From NCBI GenBank assembly GCA_049797655.1, contig JBARFX010000074.1, positions 42,696-106,695 of the forward strand: a stretch of DNA of 64,000 nucleotides. The letters run 5' to 3'. Under the pieces are notes generated by a model. The model ran no database searches, was not told where the DNA came from, and saw only the letters and a list, made by a program, of their open reading frames with translations. The position numbers were made by a program, and so were the translations under genes. This DNA comes from Candidatus Acidiferrales bacterium (GTDB lineage: Bacteria > Acidobacteriota > Terriglobia > Acidiferrales > UBA7541). This document shows positions 18,233-27,657 of this stretch, in pieces (positions within the stretch are counted from its first letter, which is position 1; the number at the start of each line of letters is the position of its first letter).

Positions 18233-20262
18233 AGAACGCTGTGTGGACGGTTGACATAGACGTCGGCGGGACTCTCACCGATGGCATTTTCACAAATGGC
18301 GAGCAACTCTTCTCGGCAAAGGTCGACACGACTCCGCATGACCTTACCGTCTGCCTCTTCGATTGTCTGGCGCAAGGCGCTTCGAAGCTCGGCTTTGCTG
18401 ATACGCCCGATTTTCTCGAGCACATCGAGCTGATTCGCTGGTCCACCACTATTACCTCTAACGTTCTCGCAGAGCTTCGCGGTCCGAGAATTGGCCTGCT
18501 CGTTTCGAAAGGGCACGAGAAAGACCTCTACGGCAAAGATCCGCGCAGCTCGGTGCTGAATCGCCTTCTCGCTGAAAAAGACGTCATCGGCGTTAACGGT
18601 TCCTCCAACGAGAACGAGGTCACGACCGCTGCTCGCGCGCTTCTCGAAGGAGGCGTTCGACGAATTTGCGTCAGCTTGCAAGGCAGCCAGCGGAATTCCG
18701 CCCCTGAACTCGCGGTAAAATCAGCGATTGATTTGCAGTATCCGGATCATTTTCTCGGTTCGGTTCCGGTGTTGGCGGGGAGCGACATCTCGAAGAGCGC
18801 CGACGATCGCACGCGCACCTACTGCGCTGTCATCAATGCCTATACTCACGGGGCTCTCGCCGCCACATTATTCAAAGCTGAGGACGAGCTGCGCCAAACC
18901 TCACAGTATGCGGGAACGTTCCTCGTTAGCCACATCAATGGCGGAGTTGCCGGCATTGCCAAGACCAAAGCGATCGACACAATCGAATCCGGCCCGATTC
19001 TCGGCATTCATGCCAGCGTTTTTTTCGCCCAACTTTATGGCCTTAAGGACGTCGTCGCCATGGACATCGGCGGCACCACCGCTAAAATCAGCGTCTTGAA
19101 CGATGGTTTGCCGATCAATCGCAGACCTTCCGACTTCTTCGGCATCCCCGTCGAAATTTCGCTGCCTGACTTGCGTTCGATCGCACTTGGCGGCGGTAGT
19201 GTCGTAAAGCCCTTGGGTTCTCAAGGAAATCCAAGAATCGAATTGGGTCCGGAGAGCATGGGCTCCTTTCCGGGGCCGGCCTGCTACGGCCTCGGCGGCG
19301 ATCAACCCACGCTCACCGACGCCTTCGTTACCGCCGGCCTCATCAATCCGGAATTTTTCCTTGGCGGCGCAAAGCCTCTCGACGGCGATCTGGCGAAATC
19401 CGTGATCGAGGAACAAGTAGCGAAACCAATGAACGTTACCGTAGAGGAAGCGTGCCGGCTGGTCATCAGCCGCGCCTTCGAATTGGTTGCGGACCTGCTC
19501 GCCGCATCTGCGAAGGGATTGAAAAAGAACCTCTCTCAACACACGCTCTTTGCCTACGGCGGCAACGGCAGCCTTTTTGCCTGCGGCGTCGCCGAAAAAG
19601 CCGGCCTCAACAAAGTCCAGTTGTTCGCGCTCGGCCCTGTCTTCAGCGCCTTCGGCTCGTCCGTGTCGGACATCTGCCATGTCTACGAACACGGGCTCGC
19701 CAGTATCGCGATTTCGAACGAGGGTGGAAGTAGTTGCCGCAAAACCCTCGAAATAATGAAAGCCGAAGCCACGAAAGATTTGCTCGGCGAGGGAATTCGA
19801 CCGGAGGGACTCACGTACGAGATCGAACTGGAGGTATCTTGCTCCGGCAGCCAGTCAATCCTGGTTCCGTGCTCTGAATCAGATCTCGCAGACACGGTTA
19901 AATTGCAGGCTGCTGTCGCATTGGCACTCGGTGCTTCTCCGGCTGGTCAAGCGGGAAACATCGCATTGGAATTGATGCGCGTCCGCGTGAAGAAAGCGAT
20001 GTCGAAGCCGCACGTCACGCAGCGTACTCTGAAAGGACCCGATCCCTCGCACGCGCACACAGGGAGCCGCAAACTTTTCTGGGGTAGCCGGAGCGGCGAA
20101 GCTCAGATTTACAGCTGGGAATCACTCGAGCCCGGCAATCGCCTCGAAGGTCCAGCCGTGCTCGAAGGTCTCAATACCACTTATTTCGTCCCCGAGGGCT
20201 GGAGCTTGTCCGTTGATCGATTCGGGAACGCAGCCCTCATGCGAGAAGGAAGAGGCGCGTAG
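18229..20262 (+). CDS. Hydantoinase A / oxoprolinase-family subunit (acetone/acetophenone-carboxylase-type), paralog 1
   Basis: The GTG start overlaps the upstream stop (GTGA). N-terminal VDIDVGGTLTDG and MDIGGTTAKISV actin-fold ATPase motifs. Confidence 0.85.
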   Translation: MKNAVWTVDIDVGGTLTDGIFTNGEQLFSAKVDTTPHDLTVCLFDCLAQGASKLGFADTPDFLEHIELIRWSTTITSNVLAELRGPRIGLLVSKGHEKDLYGKDPRSSVLNRLLAEKDVIGVNGSSNENEVTTAARALLEGGVRRICVSLQGSQRNSAPELAVKSAIDLQYPDHFLGSVPVLAGSDISKSADDRTRTYCAVINAYTHGALAATLFKAEDELRQTSQYAGTFLVSHINGGVAGIAKTKAIDTIESGPILGIHASVFFAQLYGLKDVVAMDIGGTTAKISVLNDGLPINRRPSDFFGIPVEISLPDLRSIALGGGSVVKPLGSQGNPRIELGPESMGSFPGPACYGLGGDQPTLTDAFVTAGLINPEFFLGGAKPLDGDLAKSVIEEQVAKPMNVTVEEACRLVISRAFELVADLLAASAKGLKKNLSQHTLFAYGGNGSLFACGVAEKAGLNKVQLFALGPVFSAFGSSVSDICHVYEHGLASIAISNEGGSSCRKTLEIMKAEATKDLLGEGIRPEGLTYEIELEVSCSGSQSILVPCSESDLADTVKLQAAVALALGASPAGQAGNIALELMRVRVKKAMSKPHVTQRTLKGPDPSHAHTGSRKLFWGSRSGEAQIYSWESLEPGNRLEGPAVLEGLNTTYFVPEGWSLSVDRFGNAALMREGRGA

Positions 20263-20278
20263 TAAGAATTCTATTTGT

Positions 20279-20301
20279 CGGGCGGGTTTTAGACCCGCCC
20301 G
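20279..20301 (+). promoter_or_regulatory. Strong intercistronic hairpin between HyuA-like 1 and the gamma subunit gene
   Basis: CGGGCGGGT TTTAG ACCCGCCCG gives a 9-bp stem and a 5-nt loop. It follows the tandem stops TAG TAA, and no U-tract follows it. Confidence 0.6.
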
Positions 20302-20333
20302 CTTGCGCGAATGCCGTGCCAGGAGAATTGCAC

Positions 20334-20720
20334 ATGCCGTCCGATCACAGAAACCGCCTCCGCATCACCGAATATCTCGATCTCGATCTCGACCGCGAGC
20401 AATGGCTCTGCAATCGTTGCGGCCATGTAATCGGTCCCGCGCGAGAGAACTACAAGCGAGGCTGCCTCCTTTACGATCGTGACCCGCGCGAAATTCACCC
20501 GCCGCTCGTGCCCGGCGCGTTCAGCTTTTCTCCCGACCCGCTCTGGGTTCGCATCGTCGAGTTTTACTGCCCCGGTTGCGGCACGCAGGTCGAAACCGAA
20601 TACCTGCCTCCGGGCCATCCCCTCACGCACGATATCGAAATTGATTTGGACAGCCTGAAAGAACGCTTGCGGAACGGCGAATTCGTAATCCGCGACCAGA
20701 GGCTCGAGGCAACTGAATGA
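20334..20720 (+). CDS. Acetone-carboxylase gamma-subunit-like zinc-binding small subunit
   Basis: ATG at 20334 preceded by AGGAG. CNRCGH...YCPGCGT gives a Cys4 arrangement. The size and the ...VEFYCPGCGTQVETEYLPPGHPLTHDIE... sequence fit the Acetone_carb_G family. Confidence 0.75.
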   Translation: MPSDHRNRLRITEYLDLDLDREQWLCNRCGHVIGPARENYKRGCLLYDRDPREIHPPLVPGAFSFSPDPLWVRIVEFYCPGCGTQVETEYLPPGHPLTHDIEIDLDSLKERLRNGEFVIRDQRLEATE

Positions 20721-22837
20721 ATTCGATCGATATCGACGTCGGCGGCACTTTCACCGACCTCGTACTCAATTTTAACGGGAAAGCTTTGATCAAAAAGGTG
20801 CCGACGACGCCTTACGATCTTTCTGTCTGCTTCTCTCGCGTTATCGAAGAAGGCGCCGGCGCGCTTGGAATGAAGATCGAAGACCTGCTCCCTGCGATCG
20901 ACATGATCCGTTACTCGACCACGATCGCCATGAATCGCCTCATCGAGAAAAAAGGCCCGCGTCTTGGACTGATCACCACCGAGGGCCACGAAGATGTTGT
21001 TCTCATTGGTCGCGGCGCGCAGTGGATCGACGGCACGCGCGTCCAGGAACGCCGTAACCTCGCAATCCAGAAAAAACCAGACCCGTTGATTCCGCGCGAC
21101 ATGATTGTCGGCGTCAAGGAACGCGTTGACTCCCGCGGCACAATCATCCGTCCGCTCGATGAAAATGACGTCCGCGAAAAAGTCCGTCACCTCGTTAGCC
21201 GGGGCGCGCGCGGCTTCGTCGTTTCCCTTCTCTGGGGCTTTCTAAACTCCGCTCACGAACGCCGCGTGAAGGAAATTATCCGCGACGAATACAAAGAGTT
21301 CCACATCGGCTACCTCCCCGTAGTGCTTGCGGGACAAGTGGTCGGCAAGCTCGGTGAATACGAGCGCACGCTCGCGGCAATTCTCGACGCCTACCTCCAG
21401 CGTTCGATGCAGATCGAACTTTCCGCGATGTGGGACAAATTGCGCGAGCGCGGGTATAAGAAACCCCTGTTGATGATTCAAAGCTCTGGAGGCATCGCCG
21501 AGGTCTTCCGGACCACCGCGTGCCGCACCTTCAACAGCGGCCCGGTTTCAGGCTTGATGGGCGCGCATCACGTTGCGAAATCGCTTGGATATCAAAATGT
21601 CGTGATGACGGACATGGGCGGCACGAGTTTCGACGTCGGCCTCGTGGTGAAAGACAGCGTCCGCAGCTACGACTTCCGCCCAATCATTGACCACTGGATG
21701 GTCGGTATCACGATGATCAAGACGCTTTCCGTTGGCGCCGGCGGCGGATCGATCGCTTCCATCAATCCTTTGCTCCAGAATCAGCTTCAGGTCGGCCCGC
21801 GCAGCGCCGGCTCGATGCCCGGCCCCGCGTGTTTTAGCCTTGGCGGCACGGAGCCCACCGTCACGGACGCTGATGTCGTCCTCGGTTACATCAATCCCGG
21901 CTACTACTCCGGCGGCCGCATGAAACTCGACAAGAATCGCTCCATCGCCGCCATCCGCGACAAAATTGCCAAGCCCTTCGGTATTTCTGTTGAAGAGGCC
22001 GCCACGCTCATCCGCAAAATCGTCAATGGCAATATGGCCTCGGCCATCATGAAAGAGGTTCACCTGCGCGGTTACAGCCCCGAGGACTTTATCCTTTTCG
22101 TCGGAGGCGGCGCCGGCGCCACGCACGCGGAAGGCTACAAGGCCGATATCAAGAAGGCCGTCACGTTTCCCTTTTCTCCCGTCTTCTGCGCGTTCGGCTC
22201 GTCCACCATGGATATCATGCACGTCTACGAAGTTTCGAAAAAGCTCACGCTGATGTCTCCCGGCACTCAGGAGCTAACCGGCGAATTCGCCGTGTTCAAT
22301 AGCACCGTCGAGGAGTTGCTCGAGCAAGCGCGCAAAGATCTCGTCGCCGATGGCCTCGATTCGAATTCTGCCTCCTTCGTCCTCGAACTCGACATGCTAT
22401 ACGGCGGCCAGTTCCACGTGAAGCGCGCCCTCTCGCCGCGGCTTGCGCTTCATTCCACCAAAGATGTCGCCGCAATTTGCGAAGCATTCAAGAAAGAATT
22501 CAGCGAGGCGTTTAGCCCGTTTGTAGTGAATCCCGAAGGAGGCGTATTCGTCGACAGCTTCATCTTGAAAGCGATCGTTCCCGTGCAGCAGATCACTCTC
22601 CCTAAGATGACGCTTGAAGGTCACGACCCGTCCGCGGCGCGCAAAGGTGAGCGGCCCGCTTATTGGCCTGAAGCGAAAGATTATCTCCCCACGCCCATCT
22701 ACGCGTACGAATCGCTCCGGCCTGGGAACATGCTCGAAGGTCCCGCAATTCTCGAAGGCGAGTACACGACGGTAGTGGTTCCGCCGTCGATGAAATTTTC
22801 GATCGATGAACGCGGTCTCGGCATTCTAGAAAGCTGA
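20717..22837 (+). CDS. Hydantoinase A / oxoprolinase-family subunit, paralog 2
   Basis: ATGA overlap with the gamma gene. IDIDVGGTFTDL and TDMGGTSFDVGLV motifs. 706 aa. Confidence 0.9.
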   Translation: MNSIDIDVGGTFTDLVLNFNGKALIKKVPTTPYDLSVCFSRVIEEGAGALGMKIEDLLPAIDMIRYSTTIAMNRLIEKKGPRLGLITTEGHEDVVLIGRGAQWIDGTRVQERRNLAIQKKPDPLIPRDMIVGVKERVDSRGTIIRPLDENDVREKVRHLVSRGARGFVVSLLWGFLNSAHERRVKEIIRDEYKEFHIGYLPVVLAGQVVGKLGEYERTLAAILDAYLQRSMQIELSAMWDKLRERGYKKPLLMIQSSGGIAEVFRTTACRTFNSGPVSGLMGAHHVAKSLGYQNVVMTDMGGTSFDVGLVVKDSVRSYDFRPIIDHWMVGITMIKTLSVGAGGGSIASINPLLQNQLQVGPRSAGSMPGPACFSLGGTEPTVTDADVVLGYINPGYYSGGRMKLDKNRSIAAIRDKIAKPFGISVEEAATLIRKIVNGNMASAIMKEVHLRGYSPEDFILFVGGGAGATHAEGYKADIKKAVTFPFSPVFCAFGSSTMDIMHVYEVSKKLTLMSPGTQELTGEFAVFNSTVEELLEQARKDLVADGLDSNSASFVLELDMLYGGQFHVKRALSPRLALHSTKDVAAICEAFKKEFSEAFSPFVVNPEGGVFVDSFILKAIVPVQQITLPKMTLEGHDPSAARKGERPAYWPEAKDYLPTPIYAYESLRPGNMLEGPAILEGEYTTVVVPPSMKFSIDERGLGILES

Positions 22838-22862
22838 GCCCAGGCAGATTTGAAGGAGGCAC

Positions 22863-24923
22863 ATGCCCATCCCAACAACGGCTGAAAAACTCGCGTGGTT
22901 AAAACCTGCGCCCGCGACGCCATTCGAAAAAGAATGTGCCGCCAAGGTCCGCGCCGGCGACTACGAAATCGGCGTCCAGATCACCAACGACATCCTCGAC
23001 GAAGCAATGGAAGTCTTCGTCCGTTCGTCACGCAGCTACTTTGGAGTCTCCGGCGATTCGATGGTCGCAATTTTCACTGCCAATGGAGATCTGGTGAACG
23101 CGTCCTGCGGAACGTACCTCCACGCTATCATTCAACCGATCGTCATTAAGTTCATTCAGAAATATTACGCGGAAAATCCCGGCATTCGCGAAGGAGACAT
23201 CTGGTACACCAACGACGCACTCTATGGCGGCATCCACAATCCCGATCAGGTGGCGCTGATGCCGATTTTCCACAAAGGTACGCTGATCGCCTGGTCTACG
23301 GCTGCGCTTCACACCACGGAAACCGGCGCCATCGAGCCGGGCGGCATGCCCGTCAGCGCGAAATCGCGATTCGATGAGGGCCTCAACATGCCGCCGATCA
23401 AAATCGGCGAGAACTATGAACTTCGCAACGATTTCCTTGAGTTTTACGCAGTCTACGGACTGCGCGCCCCGGCCATGTTCATCTCCGATCTTCGCGCTCG
23501 CTGCACAACTGCTGACCGTGTCCGCGTCCGCCTTCTCGAGCTCGCCGACAAGCGCGGCGGCGAGTTTGTCGTCGGCCTCCTCCGCAAGATGTCGGACACT
23601 GCCGAAGTTGCCGCGCGCCAGAAAATAAAGGCGCTCCCCGACGGCAAATTCCGCGCGGTTGTCTTCAATGATGCAATCGGCTGGACGCCCGCGCTCGTCC
23701 GCGCCTGCTATCTCACACTGATCAAAAAAGGCGGCACGCTCACTTTCAACTTCGAAGGCACTTCCCCCGAAAACCCGTCGTCGTACAACGTCCACCCGCA
23801 AGCCGTCGTCGGTCACATCGCCAATTTCATGTACGAATATGTTTTCCACGATCTGCCCATTTGCAGCTCCACTTTCGCGCCCATCGATTTTGTTTTCCCG
23901 GAAGGCATCATTTTGAATCCCGGGCGGATGGCTGCGACAAGTTGTTGCGTCTATATCGGCATGCAGTGCCGCTGCGCCACGCACAACAGTTTCGCGAAGA
24001 TGACTTTTTCGAGCGCCGGCCTTTGGCGCCAAGTCGCAGCTTCTCCCGGCAGCCAGCACACCGCGCAGATCTGCGCCGGCCATTCGCAATGGAATCTCGC
24101 GGTGTCAGACGTGCTGTCGTTCTCACTCAACACGCAGGGGCAGGGCGGCCGCGCTTCTACGGACGGGATGGACGCGTACGGTTTCGCGTGGTGCGCCTTC
24201 GGACGCGCCCCTGACTCCGAGCAGGTTGAAAGCGAGCTGCCCGTCACCGTCACCCTCTCGCAACACTGGAAGGATTCGTGCGGTCCCGGGCGCCATCGCG
24301 GGGGCTCCGGCGGAGTCCAGCAGTGGATGATTCACAAGGTTCCTAACCTGGTCTCACTCTGCATGGGCAATGGCAGCAAAGTTCCGCTAGGTCAGCCCCT
24401 TTTCGGGGGCTACGCTTCGGCGCCGATTCCTGGCATCAGCGTTCGCAAGGCGGATTTGCTGAAACAAATGCGTGACGGAAACCCGAAACTCTCGATGGAC
24501 AGCCGTGACATCCTTGAAAACACCACGGTACACGGCGACTGGACCTTCGAGCTGATCGCGCGCACTCCGAAGCTCTACGACGAGGGCGATCTGCTCTTCG
24601 GTTTTAGCGGCGGTGGACCCGGCTATGGTGACCCTCTCGAACGCGAGCCGGTTGAGGTCCTCGAGGACCTCAAAAAGAAAATTGTCTCCGATTGGACGGC
24701 CCGGAACATCTACCACATTGTGTACGACCCTGAGCGCCAGAAGCTCGATGTTGAAAAAACAAAGGAGCAGCGCGACAACGAACGCAAGAGCCGCCTCGCC
24801 CGCGGCAAATCCTTCGACGAGTTTCACAAGGAGTGGAATAAAACGAGCCCTCCGGCTGACATTTTGCAATTCTACGGCCGCTGGCCCGACGCCCAATCCC
24901 TGGGTCCCGTTTTCCGTCAGTAG
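22863..24923 (+). CDS. Hydantoinase B / oxoprolinase-family subunit
   Basis: RBS GAAGGAGG. 686 aa. C-terminal HyuB-type motif GFSGGGPGYGDPLEREPVEVLEDL...IYHIVYD. Confidence 0.85.
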   Translation: MPIPTTAEKLAWLKPAPATPFEKECAAKVRAGDYEIGVQITNDILDEAMEVFVRSSRSYFGVSGDSMVAIFTANGDLVNASCGTYLHAIIQPIVIKFIQKYYAENPGIREGDIWYTNDALYGGIHNPDQVALMPIFHKGTLIAWSTAALHTTETGAIEPGGMPVSAKSRFDEGLNMPPIKIGENYELRNDFLEFYAVYGLRAPAMFISDLRARCTTADRVRVRLLELADKRGGEFVVGLLRKMSDTAEVAARQKIKALPDGKFRAVVFNDAIGWTPALVRACYLTLIKKGGTLTFNFEGTSPENPSSYNVHPQAVVGHIANFMYEYVFHDLPICSSTFAPIDFVFPEGIILNPGRMAATSCCVYIGMQCRCATHNSFAKMTFSSAGLWRQVAASPGSQHTAQICAGHSQWNLAVSDVLSFSLNTQGQGGRASTDGMDAYGFAWCAFGRAPDSEQVESELPVTVTLSQHWKDSCGPGRHRGGSGGVQQWMIHKVPNLVSLCMGNGSKVPLGQPLFGGYASAPIPGISVRKADLLKQMRDGNPKLSMDSRDILENTTVHGDWTFELIARTPKLYDEGDLLFGFSGGGPGYGDPLEREPVEVLEDLKKKIVSDWTARNIYHIVYDPERQKLDVEKTKEQRDNERKSRLARGKSFDEFHKEWNKTSPPADILQFYGRWPDAQSLGPVFRQ

Positions 24924-25028
24924 AGCAACGATGCGCGTTACGTCTCGGCCGTTTCGACATTGGCCCCGGGGAGAGGCTCAGATCCGTCCGAGGCAGACTT
25001 CGCAGATCCAAAGAGTGTGGCACCACGA

Positions 25029-26036
25029 ATGACTGACCAACTCACTTCCCGCCAGCTGGTGAAGGGCCTGCTGCAAGGAATTCCGCAACCGCGTCCGCTG
25101 ATCGTCCCGATCGTATTTTCTCTAGGCGCAAAAATCGAAAATCTCTCGCTTCGCGCCTTCCTCGAAAACCCCACTAAAATCTCCAACGCTCTTCGCCAAA
25201 TCCGCTCGCAGCTCCGCACCGATGGCGTCTCCTGCTATTTCGATCCGCTCCTGGAGCTGGAAGCGCTGGGGGGCACAGTTCGATGGGACTCGGCAAATCA
25301 AACTCGCACGATTCATTGGCTCGAAACCGCCCGGAAAGGCGACGTGCCCCCGGGCCTGCGTTCACCAGAAGAAGCTGCGAACAGTCCCCGCGTAAACGCC
25401 GCCGTCGAGGTGATTCGCCGGCTCAATTCCCTTTTCCGCGATGAGCCGCTCCTCATGGCGGGCGTCTCCGGACCTTTCACAGTGGCTGCCCGTCTGACCC
25501 AACTCGACGCCGAAAAAAACCTGCGCGCGGAAGACTTGCAGGAACCCGCCCTCGAAGCAGCCGCAGCCACAATCACAAAAATCGCATCGTCTCTCGTCGA
25601 AGCCGGCGCCAATTTGATTTTCATCCGCGAGGATGTGTTGCCGCCACTATCCGCTGACAATTGCCAGTCTTGGGCTTCTCTCCTCGCGCCTGTTTTCAAC
25701 ATCGTCCGGTTCTACGGTGCTCTCCCCGTTCTCCAGCTCGCACGCGGTACGGCAACTGCAAGCAACTGTGAATTGATCCTGCAGCAGCCATGGGATGCAA
25801 TTCTTTGCTCGACGTCTCCTGATTTTGTCATGCGGGCAGCAAACAATCCCGAAACCTCCGCATACGGACTTGCATTCCCGATGGAAGCTATCCAAAGTGG
25901 CGATTCTTCTAGCGCACCGAACCCGGTTTCCTCTAAGTTCAAAGCCGCGCTTTTGACAACCGACGGTGACATCCCCGTTACGACCAACCTAAAGCTACTA
26001 ATGAAGACTTTCGACCTACTCGCTCGTCAAGCCTAG
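25029..26036 (+). CDS. Uroporphyrinogen-decarboxylase (URO-D)-like family protein
   Basis: The overall pattern resembles URO-D/MtaA-like TIM-barrel proteins (N-terminal ...RPLIVPIVFSLGAKI..., ELEALGGTVRW, GPFTVAARL, and an IFIREDV acidic segment). The assignment is weak. The start is uncertain, with no clear RBS, and could be as early as 24960. Confidence 0.4.
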   Translation: MTDQLTSRQLVKGLLQGIPQPRPLIVPIVFSLGAKIENLSLRAFLENPTKISNALRQIRSQLRTDGVSCYFDPLLELEALGGTVRWDSANQTRTIHWLETARKGDVPPGLRSPEEAANSPRVNAAVEVIRRLNSLFRDEPLLMAGVSGPFTVAARLTQLDAEKNLRAEDLQEPALEAAAATITKIASSLVEAGANLIFIREDVLPPLSADNCQSWASLLAPVFNIVRFYGALPVLQLARGTATASNCELILQQPWDAILCSTSPDFVMRAANNPETSAYGLAFPMEAIQSGDSSSAPNPVSSKFKAALLTTDGDIPVTTNLKLLMKTFDLLARQA

Positions 26037-26053
26037 CCGAATAGGAGGAATCA

Positions 26054-27547
26054 ATGTTGAATCCCAAGACGGCCCCAAAAATCCGAAAGCCCGAACCCGA
26101 ACACGGTTGGACCCGGAAATGTGAACTCGACGAGTACCTTGATCGCAATTTGCCGATCCCCACCCAGGGGGTGTCAAACGAAGAATTTATTCCGATGCCG
26201 CAAACGCCGGCGCAGAAGGCCGTCGAACACGAACTCTTGCGATCCGCCACGCTCAACGCGCACAAGCTCGGAATCGACCGCCGCCAGTTCTTCCGCACCG
26301 CCTGCGGAATGGCCGCCGGTTTCGCCGCGCTCAACTCTGTATTCGGCAACTTCTTCACTGTCGAAGCCGCGGAGCTCCTCGAGCCCGGCGCCGTGGATGC
26401 TGCGAAAACTACCTATTTCATATTCGACGTTCAGAATCACCACGTCTCCGCCGGCCACCGCATGCTCTACGGGATGGATCTCGTCGGAATGCGCAACGCC
26501 GCGGCTGCCGTCAATCCCGCCCTCAGCAAAAAGAGGCAGGAACAAACCGATCTCTATTTCGAGAATTACATCAAGGAAGTATTCCTCGATAGCGACACGA
26601 CCATGGCCTGCATCAGCGGCGTGCCGGGACTAACTGAAGAAGAAACGATTATTTCTCCGGATCAGATGGTTCGAACCCGTTTCCTCATCAACGAACTCAC
26701 CAATTCCCAGCGCATGGTTAGTCACGGACTGTTCTCGCCCGATCTCGGCGCGCGCAACATGGAATCCATGCATCGCCAGGCGGAAGTCTTGAAAATCAAC
26801 GCGTGGAAGGGCTACACCGGCCAAGGGCTCGGCTCCAATAAAGACGGCTGGTGGGCTGACGACGAAAAAGTCGCCTACCCTGCGCTTGAACTGAGCCGCA
26901 AGCTACGTGTGAAAAATATCTGCCTGCACAAGGGTCTCGCAATCGGCATTTTCAACGAAGCGCACTGCCACCCGAAAGACCTCGTACGAGTCTCTAAGGA
27001 TTTTCCAGACCTGAATTTCCTCATCTATCATTCCGGGTTCAAGGCTCTCGAGGACGCTCTCCCCGCTGCCGAAAATGGATTTAAGAAGACTGCCTACGTC
27101 CCATGGGTGTCCGACCTGTGTGAATACCGCAAGAATAATCCCCACATGACGAACGTTTACATGGAGCTCGGTACTACTTTCGCGCTGATGGCCACCACAC
27201 ACCCGCTCCTTTGCACGCACGTCCTCGGGATGATCATTCAGCCGTTTGGCGATGACCATGTCCTCTGGGGCACCGATTCCATCTGGTGGGGTTCACCGCA
27301 GTGGCAAATTGAAGCGATGCGCCGCATCGAGATGCCGGATTCTCTCCAAAAACAATTCGGATACGCTCCGCTCACCTCAGAAGTGAAAGCCAAAATATTC
27401 GGTTTGAACGCAGCCCGCATCTACGGCGTCGATCCGACTGCCAAGCGAAATCCGGTGCCTGGGAACTACATCGACCGCCTCAAAGAAATGTACAAACAAA
27501 CCGGAGCACAGCCCAGCAACACCCAATATGGTTGGGTCCGCGCGTGA
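26054..27547 (+). CDS. Amidohydrolase_2-type metal-dependent hydrolase/decarboxylase with an internal twin-arginine motif
   Basis: Strong RBS (AGGAGG then 5 nt then ATG). Tat-like IDRRQFFRTACGMAAGFAAL at residues 74-93. FDVQNHH, CLHKGL, IYHSGF and LWGTDSIW metal-ligand-like motifs. Confidence 0.65.
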   Translation: MLNPKTAPKIRKPEPEHGWTRKCELDEYLDRNLPIPTQGVSNEEFIPMPQTPAQKAVEHELLRSATLNAHKLGIDRRQFFRTACGMAAGFAALNSVFGNFFTVEAAELLEPGAVDAAKTTYFIFDVQNHHVSAGHRMLYGMDLVGMRNAAAAVNPALSKKRQEQTDLYFENYIKEVFLDSDTTMACISGVPGLTEEETIISPDQMVRTRFLINELTNSQRMVSHGLFSPDLGARNMESMHRQAEVLKINAWKGYTGQGLGSNKDGWWADDEKVAYPALELSRKLRVKNICLHKGLAIGIFNEAHCHPKDLVRVSKDFPDLNFLIYHSGFKALEDALPAAENGFKKTAYVPWVSDLCEYRKNNPHMTNVYMELGTTFALMATTHPLLCTHVLGMIIQPFGDDHVLWGTDSIWWGSPQWQIEAMRRIEMPDSLQKQFGYAPLTSEVKAKIFGLNAARIYGVDPTAKRNPVPGNYIDRLKEMYKQTGAQPSNTQYGWVRA

Positions 27548-27657
27548 CACAGAGTGGACCCAGTGAGTTGTAGCGCGCTTTTCCACGCCACTTTGACTGC
27601 TTACACCGCTTGCGGGCAAGTCCTTGCGTATTAGAATTAAGGTGATGGCATTATCGA

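Noticed and set aside
23028-24089. 353-aa minus-strand ORF
   Set aside because: It is antisense to the HyuB-like gene. It is a shadow ORF.
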